Source: an uncultured Candidatus Binatia bacterium
Lineage (GTDB): Bacteria > Desulfobacterota > Binatia > UBA9968 > JAJDTQ01
Direction of reading: 5' to 3'
Assembly: GCA_965204235.1 (NCBI GenBank)
Contig: OZ241979.1
Coordinates: 2,317,589-2,381,588 of the forward strand
Length of the DNA stretch: 64,000 nt
Part shown: positions 48,263-56,644 of the stretch, one piece after another
Layout of the letters: each line of letters starts with the position of its first letter
Position numbering within the stretch: the first letter of the stretch is position 1
Notes under the pieces: generated by a model
Database searches by the model: none
The model's input: the letters and a program-made list of their open reading frames with translations, nothing else
What the model was told of the DNA's origin: nothing
Program-made: the position numbers and the translations under genes

Positions 48263-49240
48263 TCACCGGAGCAGCGACTTGACGGCCTCCACGATGCGTT
48301 CGGCGAAAGGCGTCAGGTAGTCCTCCAGGGAGACGGCGAAGGGTACCGGCACGGGCGGGATGGTGACTCGCCGGATGGGGGCGCGCAGGCCGTCGAAGGC
48401 AAGGTCCGCCATCAACGCGGCCAGTCCCGCGGCCACGCCGCAGTTGTCGTGGCTCTCGTCGGTGACCACCAGGCGGCCGGTCTTCCTGACCGAGGCCACG
48501 AGGCTCCCGGTGTCCAGCGGCTCCAGCGTGCGCGGGTCCACCACCTCCACCGACACGCCATCCCCGGCCAGCGCGTCCGCGGCGGCGAGGGCCCGGGGCA
48601 CCTGGACGCCGGTGGCGATGACCGTGACGTCCGTCCCCTCGCGGGCCACCGCGGCCTGGCCGAAGGCGGTCTCGTGGGGTCCGTCCGGAACCGGTCCGCA
48701 CTCGTCCATGAGCCGCTCGTGGACCAGGAAGACGGTGGGGTCCCGGCTTCTCAGGAGCGCCGTGCGCAGCAGTCCCCGGGCGTCGGCCGGAGTGGCCGGC
48801 ATGGCCACCTGGAGACCCGGGGTGTTCCAGTACCACGGCTGTGGGCTGCCCGAGTGCTGCACGCCCCCGCCGCCCCGGATGCCGTAGCGCATGCAGTAAG
48901 TCACCGGCGCGCTGGTCTGGCCGCCCGAGTTGGAGTAGGCGATGGCCGCTTCGTTGACGATCTGCGGGATGGCCTCGTACGAGAAGGTGGCGGTGCCGAT
49001 GTCCACCAGGGGACGCAGCCCGGCCATGGCCGCGCCCGCGGCGATGCCGCAATAGCCCAGCTCGGCGATGGGCGGCGACAGTATGCGCTCGGCGTGCCGC
49101 TTGCGCACCGCGGCGAACCGGGCTTGGCCGGGCCCCGAGCTCGCCAAGCCGCCGCCCAGGAGGATCACGCGCCGGTCTTCCTCCAGAGCCTCGGCCAGCG
49201 CGTCCACGAGCGCTTCCCCCAGGGTCATCTCTCGCGGCAT
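48263..49240 (-). CDS. TPP-dependent 2-oxoacid/acetoin dehydrogenase E1 component, beta subunit
   Basis: Transketolase-like pyrimidine-binding and C-terminal domains. ATGA overlap with the alpha subunit. Confidence 0.9.
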   Translation of the reverse strand: MPREMTLGEALVDALAEALEEDRRVILLGGGLASSGPGQARFAAVRKRHAERILSPPIAELGYCGIAAGAAMAGLRPLVDIGTATFSYEAIPQIVNEAAIAYSNSGGQTSAPVTYCMRYGIRGGGGVQHSGSPQPWYWNTPGLQVAMPATPADARGLLRTALLRSRDPTVFLVHERLMDECGPVPDGPHETAFGQAAVAREGTDVTVIATGVQVPRALAAADALAGDGVSVEVVDPRTLEPLDTGSLVASVRKTGRLVVTDESHDNCGVAAGLAALMADLAFDGLRAPIRRVTIPPVPVPFAVSLEDYLTPFAERIVEAVKSLLR

Positions 49241-49243
49241 GGG

Positions 49244-50266
49244 TCAACCACTCCTTCCCGCATACGCGTAGGCGAGGGCCGCCTCGGGGTCGGGAAGCGG
49301 GCTCGTCAACGCGAACTGCGCGGCCGTGTCGGCTTCCCGCCGCACCTCTTCGTCCAGGCGCACGACCGCGCCCCGGTTGCATCCCTCGGTGTCCGCCAAC
49401 TCCCGCGCAAAGACCAGGATACCGTCCCCTTCGGCGTACCAGGAGCGCACTGCTTCGGGCACCGGGCCGGGGTCCCAGGCCCAGCCGATGTCGGTGGCTC
49501 CGGCCACGAAATGGGGGTGCGCGCCGTCGTTTCCGGGCCAGGGGTGCGTGCGCGCCTCCACGAAGAACGGTCCCTCGCCCGCACGGGTGCGCCGCACCAT
49601 CTCCGACACGGTCCCGTGGACGAGGCCGGCGTCGGCCCCGTCCACCACCGCGGTCTCCACGTTGAGCGCCCGCGGCACGTTGGCCAAGTCTCCGGCTGCG
49701 TGGACCGGGTTGACCCTTCCGGCCCTCCGGTAGTTGTTCTCCATCAGGAAGATCAGCGGCAGCCGCCACAGCTTGGCCATGTTCAGGGTCTCGTAGAAGA
49801 CCCCTTCCTCCATGGCGCCGTCGCCGAAGAAGACCACGGTGACCGCGCCGGTCTCCCGCATGCGGGCCGCCAACGCCGCGCCCGCGGCCAGGGCCACGCA
49901 ATCGCCAACGATGGCCGAGGTGTGGACCATGTTCAGGTCCGGCGCAGCCACGTGGAAGGTCCCCGCCCGGCCGCGGCAGTAGCCGGTGGCGCGCCCGATG
50001 ACCTCGGCCAGGACCTTGCCGGGGTCGCCCCCCTTGGCGATGACGTGGCCGTGGTTCCGGTGGGTGCTGAAAACGTAGTCCTCCGGCGCCAACGCGGCGC
50101 AGGCGGCGACGCCGGTGGCCTCCTGGCCGATGTAGAGGTGGAAATGGCCCCGGACGAGTCCTTCGTGCTCTTCGTGGAACCGGATGACGTGCTCTTCCGC
50201 ACGCCGGATCATGAGCATCTTGCGCAGCATCTCCATGCGCTGTTCGGGTGACGTGTCGGGCAGCAT
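49244..50266 (-). CDS. TPP-dependent dehydrogenase E1 component, alpha subunit
   Basis: GDGAMEEGVFYETLNMA TPP-binding motif. GGAGGG RBS before MLPDTSP. Confidence 0.85.
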   Translation of the reverse strand: MLPDTSPEQRMEMLRKMLMIRRAEEHVIRFHEEHEGLVRGHFHLYIGQEATGVAACAALAPEDYVFSTHRNHGHVIAKGGDPGKVLAEVIGRATGYCRGRAGTFHVAAPDLNMVHTSAIVGDCVALAAGAALAARMRETGAVTVVFFGDGAMEEGVFYETLNMAKLWRLPLIFLMENNYRRAGRVNPVHAAGDLANVPRALNVETAVVDGADAGLVHGTVSEMVRRTRAGEGPFFVEARTHPWPGNDGAHPHFVAGATDIGWAWDPGPVPEAVRSWYAEGDGILVFARELADTEGCNRGAVVRLDEEVRREADTAAQFALTSPLPDPEAALAYAYAGRSG

Positions 50267-50458
50267 CTTTCCCTCCGATTCAGGACCTTCCGGGTTGGTT
50301 GAGCCGCTTTCGTACTGCTTCCGCGAACTCCTTGGAGACCGCTCTCCATCGCTGCCCATCATGGACCGCATGTCGAGTCTTTCGCAAAGACGGCGACTTC
50401 GTTGCACGAGTCACACGTCTCCCCGCGCAAAGACGCTACTGATAAACCGACGTCCGGC

Positions 50459-51391
50459 CTATCGAAAGAGCGATGGTTGAATGGCGTTGGATCCCCATGG
50501 TTCCCGTCGCAGCCTTTCCAGGGCCGCGCCGTGAAAAGTCTCCACGGCCTCGAACCCGATGTACCTTCTCCCGAGGCTGGCCGCTGCCACCGCGGTTGTG
50601 CCGCTTCCCATGAAGGGGTCCAGGACGGTCTGTCCCTCCCTCGTGGTGAGCCTGATCAGAAAGCCGATCAGGTCCAATGGCTTCTGCGCATCGTGAATCC
50701 TCTCCTCGTCCTTGCGGAAGCCGAACTCCAGCACGTTGGCCGGGCTTGCGCCCCGAATCTTGCAGGCATCGAGGTTCATGGCCCCAACCCCGTGTTCGAG
50801 GATGTTGTCGGCGATCGTCCCGCCGATGCAGTAGGGCTTGATGAACCAGGCAACGGGCTCGTACATGGGCGCCAGGTTGCCCAGCCGCCACCCCTTCCAC
50901 TTCTCCGCTTCATCCTTGAGGCCGCGCCGTTCGAAAACGACGCTCACCCGCTGAGCGCGATGATGGGCGGAATCCTTCCTCCAGGCGAGGACGTCCTTCA
51001 GGAGAAATCCGCCGTCCTCGAAGGCGTTGATGACTCGGTGGATCGTCCGCCTTGCGCCGAAGATCAGCGCGGATGCGCCGCTCTTGAGCTTGGGGAAGGC
51101 CATCTCTGCCCACAAGCTGCACCAGTCCTGGTACTCCCGACCGATGTTCCTGTCCGCCTGCGACCAGCCATTGATGGGCTTTCCCCGGCGCTTGAATGCC
51201 GTTTTGCCGATTTGGGCGGGAGACTGTCCCAGGAGTGCGGCATTCCTGTTGCCATGCAAGACATCCCGGTCGTCGAGGCTGATTCCGTAAGGGATGTCGG
51301 AAAGAAGGAGCTCGATGCTGCTGTTTTGCAGAAGCGGAAGGTGTTCCCGGCAGTCACCGAGCGTGATCTTGTCCAGGTACGCGCCGTTCAT
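50459..51391 (-). CDS. DNA methyltransferase (N-4 cytosine / N-6 adenine, 'DNA methylase N-4/N-6' family), solitary
   Basis: SDIPYG (DPPY-type motif IV) and DPFMGSGTT (motif I). No adjacent endonuclease. Confidence 0.85.
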   Translation of the reverse strand: MNGAYLDKITLGDCREHLPLLQNSSIELLLSDIPYGISLDDRDVLHGNRNAALLGQSPAQIGKTAFKRRGKPINGWSQADRNIGREYQDWCSLWAEMAFPKLKSGASALIFGARRTIHRVINAFEDGGFLLKDVLAWRKDSAHHRAQRVSVVFERRGLKDEAEKWKGWRLGNLAPMYEPVAWFIKPYCIGGTIADNILEHGVGAMNLDACKIRGASPANVLEFGFRKDEERIHDAQKPLDLIGFLIRLTTREGQTVLDPFMGSGTTAVAAASLGRRYIGFEAVETFHGAALERLRREPWGSNAIQPSLFR

Positions 51392-51576
51392 CTTGCATCC
51401 CCATGATCCAGCAGACCATTGCTCTGCACGGATCCGACCGTCCGCACTCGGCCTTCCATCCTTCGCCATTGGAGGATTTCCCGAATGGCGTCTCGACGCG
51501 ACAGCTTCAGGATCCTTTCGCGCTCCTCCGCCAAGTAGGCCAATGCCTCCGCCCGCGCAATCTCCATGGCCTCCAC
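51388..51576 (-). CDS. Small ORF (62 aa) translationally coupled (ATGA overlap) to the MTase. Possible controller or regulator.
   Basis: The stop overlaps the MTase ATG. Coding status uncertain. Confidence 0.3.
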   Translation of the reverse strand: MEAMEIARAEALAYLAEERERILKLSRRDAIREILQWRRMEGRVRTVGSVQSNGLLDHGDAR

Positions 51577-51631
51577 GGATGCGGTCTTTTCCTCCCGCCA
51601 GAAGCGGGAGACGCCGCCTTCGGCCTGACCG

Positions 51632-52462
51632 CTACGGCCAATCGAACCACTCGGCGATGGCGCGTCCCAGGATCCACTCCTTCTCGGTCGCGGTGAGGTC
51701 GCGCAGTTCCTCGGTGAACAGCGTCAGCGCCTGCCGGTAGGGGCAGGGCAGGTGGGACAGGTCGCTGCCCCAGAACACGCGCTGCGGCCCGAAGGCGTCG
51801 ATGACCCGGCGGATCTGCGGATGCAGCGACGGATAGGGGTAGCTCTCGGTGGAATAGCAGGGGAGGGCCGACGCCTTCACCGCCACGTTCCCCAGCGGCG
51901 CCAGTTCGATCAGGCCGTCGATGATGGGTCCCAGCGGCTTGCCCACCAGGCTGGCGTTGAGGCCCATGTGGTCGATGGCCAGACGCAGCCCCGGGTGGCG
52001 CGCGGCCGCCTCGCCCAACCGGGGCAGCGAGTGGGGCGCCAGCGCCATGACCGGGACGTCGTACCGTTCGGCGGCTTGCCAGAACCAGTCCGCGGTGCCG
52101 TCCTCGAGCCACGTGCGGTAACGGCCGCGATGGAAGGTGAGGCGGATCCCCAACATGCCGGGCTGGTCCTTCCACGCGGCCATCCGTTCCCGGCTGGCGG
52201 GCGCGTCCAGGGGCAGCCGGCCCATGACCGCGAAGCGGTCCGGGTACAGGCGCGCGGCCTCCAGGGAAGTGTCGTTCCGGTCCGCCTCCCAGGTGGGCGG
52301 CACCAGCACCGCGCGGTCAACCCCGGCGTCGTCCATCTCGCGCAGCAACTCTTCGTGCCCGAGGGGTTCCGGGCGGTGGGGCTTGGCCGCGTCCACCCTG
52401 TCCCAGGGCTTGTCCGGGGTCTCCGGCGCCCAGATGTGGACCTGTGAGTCGATGACCTTCAT
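51632..52462 (-). CDS. Amidohydrolase-2 family protein
   Basis: MKVIDSQVHIW HxH N-terminus. Conserved His/Asp. Confidence 0.8.
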   Translation of the reverse strand: MKVIDSQVHIWAPETPDKPWDRVDAAKPHRPEPLGHEELLREMDDAGVDRAVLVPPTWEADRNDTSLEAARLYPDRFAVMGRLPLDAPASRERMAAWKDQPGMLGIRLTFHRGRYRTWLEDGTADWFWQAAERYDVPVMALAPHSLPRLGEAAARHPGLRLAIDHMGLNASLVGKPLGPIIDGLIELAPLGNVAVKASALPCYSTESYPYPSLHPQIRRVIDAFGPQRVFWGSDLSHLPCPYRQALTLFTEELRDLTATEKEWILGRAIAEWFDWP

Positions 52463-52483
52463 GCGAAGCGATGGGTCGGCTTG

Positions 52484-52555
52484 GGAAACTCCGAACAACT
52501 CCCCGTTCGTCCTGAGCGTAGCGAAGCGAAGTCGAAGGACGCGCGTTCCGGTTCT
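52484..52555 (+). repeat. Family-A repeat copy (3'-truncated) between the bicupin 3 and amidohydrolase genes
   Basis: GGAAACTCCGAACAACTCCCCGTTCGTCCTGAGCGTAGCGAAGCGAAGTCGAAGGACGCGC. Confidence 0.8.
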
Positions 52556-53720
52556 AAGGCGGCGGAGGAGCCGCGTCCCGGTAGCTCCACAGGAAATCGC
52601 GGTCGCGATAGACCTCGTCGGGCATGAGGCTCGTCAGTTCCCTCTTGTCGAGCTCTGTCTCGAAGCGTTCGCGGATCCACGGGTCCTCGTCCACGTATTC
52701 GATCTGGTCCCTGACCCGGTCCTCGATCTTCTCCGCGTGGCCCCGGAACTGCCTCGGCGGGTGCAGCGCCAGGTACCGCGCGGGCGTTCCTCCGGCGTTG
52801 AAGTGCTGGTGGAACCACTTGCCGGGGGGGACGAACATGCTCGCCTCGCGCCACGGCGCCACCACCTTCTCCTTCCCTTCCTCCCACAGGACGGAGTAGC
52901 CCTCCCCCGCGGGAATGACGATGACCCGGCCCGGGCCGTGGCGGTGGGCCTTCTTGTAGGTGCGGGAGGGAAACACCGACATGTGGCACGACATCTCGGA
53001 ATTGGGAAAGGTCATCAGCACGCTGTGTCCGCCTGCGCCTCTGCGGCTGCTGCGGTTGAGCTTGTCCCAGGATCCCATGTCGGGAAAGAAGTTGCCGTAC
53101 CAGAAGATGCCGCTCCGGCCGCCCCAGGTCCGGGCGGGGTCGCCGTCGCGGACGAGCTTCGCCTCGGAGTAGAGTTCGCCGCCCCCGGACAGGTAGTCCT
53201 CGCCCTCGTACCGGTTGTCGAAGAAGAACGCCGGGTCGGTGTTCAGGGACATGGCCAGGGGCAGGTAGCTGTAGCGCAGGATCCGCACCGGCCGGTCGCC
53301 GCGCATGTTGCTCATGGTGTGGTGGTAGTTGTGCGGGATCTGGAACAGGCTCCGGGGCTGCCACTCGAAGCTGTTCTTCGGACCGTTCGGGCCCAGCCAC
53401 ACCGTGGTCACGCCCTGGCCCTGGAGCACATAGACCAGCTCGTCCAGGGCGAACTTTACCCGCGGCAGGGTCTGTCCGGGCGGGATCTCCTGCACCATGG
53501 CCGAGGTCACCCCCTCCTGCCCCAGGAGCTGGATGAAGGCGCTTTCGCAGCCGCGTTCCTCCCACCAGCCCAGCTCCACCGTGCGCAGGTCCTCGATGAA
53601 GTAACCCCGGTGGACCGGCACGCCGACCGACGCCATCCAGTCGTCGTAGGCGTACTCCTTGACCTCCAGGTCGGGAGCGATGGAATCGTCGGGATTCGTC
53701 CGGGCGTCGTCCTGCGCCAT
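52554..53720 (-). CDS. Bicupin protein, paralogue 3
   Basis: Near-collinear with paralogue 2 (KKAHRHGPGRVIVIPAGEGYSVLWEEGKEK, WFHQHFNAGGTPARYL). AGGAGGAACATCCC RBS. Confidence 0.7.
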   Translation of the reverse strand: MAQDDARTNPDDSIAPDLEVKEYAYDDWMASVGVPVHRGYFIEDLRTVELGWWEERGCESAFIQLLGQEGVTSAMVQEIPPGQTLPRVKFALDELVYVLQGQGVTTVWLGPNGPKNSFEWQPRSLFQIPHNYHHTMSNMRGDRPVRILRYSYLPLAMSLNTDPAFFFDNRYEGEDYLSGGGELYSEAKLVRDGDPARTWGGRSGIFWYGNFFPDMGSWDKLNRSSRRGAGGHSVLMTFPNSEMSCHMSVFPSRTYKKAHRHGPGRVIVIPAGEGYSVLWEEGKEKVVAPWREASMFVPPGKWFHQHFNAGGTPARYLALHPPRQFRGHAEKIEDRVRDQIEYVDEDPWIRERFETELDKRELTSLMPDEVYRDRDFLWSYRDAAPPPP

Positions 53721-53746
53721 GGGATGTTCCTCCTGTGGGTGGAGTC

Positions 53747-54172
53747 TCAGGAACCGGCCACTTCGTCGAAGGAAGGTTCGGGCATGCCGTCCTTCCACGT
53801 GGGGTCGCGGAGCTCCAGCCGGTTGCCGCTGGGATCCGTGAAATAGAGTTCCCGCCCCGGGAAGTATCCGCCCTTGCGGTAGTAGAGCTCCACCACCGGG
53901 ACGTTCCTGGCCTTGAACAGCCTGCACGCCTCGTCCAGGGTATCGGGACTCACCGTAAAGGAGTGGTGGACCCGGTCGTCCTCCGGCTGGGCGGGGACCT
54001 CCCTGCGCTCGCACAGGAGGATGTTGTGGTCGCCCACGTTGAAGCACGCCATGACGTCGTTGGCGAGGCGTCCCAGGGACTTGAGCCCCAGCAGGCCGCC
54101 GTAGAACTCCTCCGACTCGCCCAAATCGTTCACCGGAATCGACCAGTGAGTGACCCCCTCGATCTTGAGCAT
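53747..54172 (-). CDS. VOC-family protein (glyoxalase / methylmalonyl-CoA-epimerase-like)
   Basis: 141 aa with a paired beta-alpha-beta-beta-beta module (HWSIPVNDLGESEEFYGGLLG). Confidence 0.8.
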   Translation of the reverse strand: MLKIEGVTHWSIPVNDLGESEEFYGGLLGLKSLGRLANDVMACFNVGDHNILLCERREVPAQPEDDRVHHSFTVSPDTLDEACRLFKARNVPVVELYYRKGGYFPGRELYFTDPSGNRLELRDPTWKDGMPEPSFDEVAGS

Positions 54173-54299
54173 TGCCTCGTCTCCTTTCCGGGTGGTGGTC
54201 GAGCGCCGCGGTCCGGGGCGGGACCGGCGCTGCAAGGGTATTCTTACGACAGGGGACGGGGGATAGGCAATGGCCGCCCCCGTACCGGACACGGGAGCG

Positions 54300-56201
54300 T
54301 CACGGCCTCGGGTAACCCAGCCGCGCCAGGTCCTCCCGGATCTCGTCCAAGATGGCCGGGTCGTCGATGGTGGCCGGGGGTTTGTAGGGGGCGCCGTCCG
54401 CCATGCTTCGGACCGTGCCGCGCAGGATCTTGCCGGAACGGGTCTTGGGCAGGCGCTTGACCACCAGGACCTGCTTGAAGTCGGCCACCGGACCGATCTT
54501 CCGACGCACGAGGCCCACCAGCTCGGGCGCCAACGCCTCCTCGGTGGTCTCGACCCCCGCCTTGACCACCACCAGCCCCAGCGGCAGTTGCCCCTTCAGA
54601 GCGTCCGCCACTCCGAGCACCGCGCATTCGGCCACCGCGGGATGGGAGGCGAGGACCTCCTCCATGGCGCCGGTGGACAGCCGGTGTCCGGCCACGTTGA
54701 TGACGTCGTCCATGCGTCCCATGATCCACAGGTAGCCGTCCTCGTCGCGGTAGCCTGCGTCCGCGGTGACGTAGTAGCCCGGATGCTGCTCCAGGTAGGC
54801 CTTGCGGTAGCCTTCCTCGTTGCCCCACAGGGTGGGGAGGCAGCCGGGCGGCAGCGGCAGCTTCACGGTGATGCTGCCCATGCCGCCGGCCGGCATCTCC
54901 CGGCCCCGGTCGTCGAGGACGCGCACGTCGTAGCCCGGCACGGCCCGGGTGGGCGACCCGGGCTTCACCGGCAGCGGCTCGATGCCCATGCAGTTGGCCG
55001 CGATGGCCCACCCGGTCTCCGTCTGCCACCAGTGGTCGATGACCGGCGTCCCCAGGAGGTCCCGGGCCCACAGCAACGTGTCCGGGTCGCAGCGCTCGCC
55101 GGCGAGGAACAGGGTCCGGAAGCGGCTCAGGTCGTGCTTCCTCACGTAGTCCCCCTGTGGGTCTTCCTTCTTGATGGCGCGGAACGCGGTGGGGGCGGTG
55201 AACAGCACGCTCACCCGGTGCTGGCTGATGACGCGCCAGAAGGCGCCGGGGTCCGGCGTGCCCACGGGCTTGCCCTCGTAGAGGACGGTGGCGCAACCCT
55301 TCAGCAACGGCCCATAGACGATGTAGGAATGCCCCACCACCCAGCCCACGTCGGAGGCGGCCCAGAACACCTCGGCCGCGTCCACGCCGTAAACGTTCCC
55401 CATGCTCCACTTGAGGGCCACGGCGTGGCCGCCGTTGTCGCGCACGATGCCCTTGGGCCGGCCGGTGGTGCCGGAAGTGTAGAGGATGTACAGGGGGTCG
55501 GTGGCGGCCACCGGGACGCACGGGACCGGGTCGGCCGCGGCCACCGCCTCGTTCCAGTCCACGTCGCGTCCGCTCACCAGGGAGGCGCGCGCCTGGGGGC
55601 GCTGCAGCACCACGCAGTGGGCCGGCGCGTGCCGCGCCAACCCCACGGCCTCGTCCAGCAGCGGCTTGTACTCGATCACGCGGTTGCCCTCGATGCCGCA
55701 GCTCGCGCTCACGACCACCTTGGGCTTGGCGTCGTCGATGCGCGCGGCGAGCTCGTTGGCGGCGAAGCCGCCGAACACCACCGAGTGGACCGCGCCGAGA
55801 CGGGCGCACGCGAGCATGGTCACCACCGCCTCGGGGATCATGGGCATATAGACGATCACGCGGTCGCCCACGCCCACGCCGTGGTCCCGGAGCGCGCCGG
55901 CGAAGGCCGCTGCCGCGTCCCGGAGCTCCCGGTAGGTGAAGGTCCTGACGCTGTCCGTCACCGGGCTGTCGTGGATCAACGCGGGCCGGTCGCCGTCTCC
56001 CCGGTCCACGTGCAGGTCCAGCGCGTTGTAGCAGGTGTTGAGCGCGCCGCCGGTGAACCACCGGTAGAAGGGCGGCCGGGAGTCGTCCAGCACCCGGTCC
56101 CAGCGCCTGTCCCAGTGGACGTCCTCCGCGGCTTCGGCCCAGAAACCCTCGGGGTCCTTCATCGCGCGTTCGTAAACCTCGGTGTAACGGCTGCGGCTCA
56201 T
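54300..56201 (-). CDS. AMP-forming acetyl/propionyl-CoA synthetase (Acs/PrpE family)
   Basis: YTSGTTGRPKG AMP-binding motif. Acs/PrpE-type N-terminus (DPEGFWAEAA). 633 aa. Confidence 0.9.
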   Translation of the reverse strand: MSRSRYTEVYERAMKDPEGFWAEAAEDVHWDRRWDRVLDDSRPPFYRWFTGGALNTCYNALDLHVDRGDGDRPALIHDSPVTDSVRTFTYRELRDAAAAFAGALRDHGVGVGDRVIVYMPMIPEAVVTMLACARLGAVHSVVFGGFAANELAARIDDAKPKVVVSASCGIEGNRVIEYKPLLDEAVGLARHAPAHCVVLQRPQARASLVSGRDVDWNEAVAAADPVPCVPVAATDPLYILYTSGTTGRPKGIVRDNGGHAVALKWSMGNVYGVDAAEVFWAASDVGWVVGHSYIVYGPLLKGCATVLYEGKPVGTPDPGAFWRVISQHRVSVLFTAPTAFRAIKKEDPQGDYVRKHDLSRFRTLFLAGERCDPDTLLWARDLLGTPVIDHWWQTETGWAIAANCMGIEPLPVKPGSPTRAVPGYDVRVLDDRGREMPAGGMGSITVKLPLPPGCLPTLWGNEEGYRKAYLEQHPGYYVTADAGYRDEDGYLWIMGRMDDVINVAGHRLSTGAMEEVLASHPAVAECAVLGVADALKGQLPLGLVVVKAGVETTEEALAPELVGLVRRKIGPVADFKQVLVVKRLPKTRSGKILRGTVRSMADGAPYKPPATIDDPAILDEIREDLARLGYPRP

Positions 56202-56204
56202 GGG

Positions 56205-56368
56205 CGCCTCCCCTATGAAAAAGCGCGTCCTTCGACTTCGCTTCGCTACGCTCAGGATGAACGGAGGACTCGCTTCGCTATGCTCAGGACGCTTCGCTAT
56301 GCTCAGGACGAACGGGGTACTTCGTTTCGCTACGCCCAGGACGAACGTGGGCGATTGTTCAGAGTTTT
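56205..56368 (-). repeat. Family-A repeat, multi-subunit
   Basis: GCGCGTCCTTCGACTTCGCTTCGCTACGCTCAGGATGAACGG...GCTATGCTCAGGACG...GCTACGCCCAGGACGAACGTGGGCGATTGTTCAGAGTTTTC. Confidence 0.8.
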
Positions 56369-56507
56369 CTCAGGTCGTCCACAGGTCTCCTTAGACCTTG
56401 TGGACCTCGGTGCGCAAGCGGCGACGGTCCGCGGTACGGAACGCCGAGGCGGTTCCGGCGTTCCACGGCCGCCGACCGGCTTTGACACCGGCCCTCGCTT
56501 GGTCTAG

Positions 56508-56640
56508 GTAACTCGGAACGATGATCCCCGTTCTCGGAACGACGAACTCCGTTCATCCTGAGCGTAGCGTAGCGAGTCCTCCGTTCATCCTGAGCGTAGC
56601 GAAGCGAAGTCGAAGGACGCGCTTTCCCATATAACGGATC
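56508..56640 (+). repeat. Family-A repeat, double subunit, ending 5 nt before the flavoprotein ATG
   Basis: GGTAACTCGGAACGATGATCCCCGTTC...CCGTTCATCCTGAGCGTAGCGAAGCGAAGTCGAAGGACGCGCTTTCCCAT. Confidence 0.8.
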
Positions 56641-56644
56641 GACC

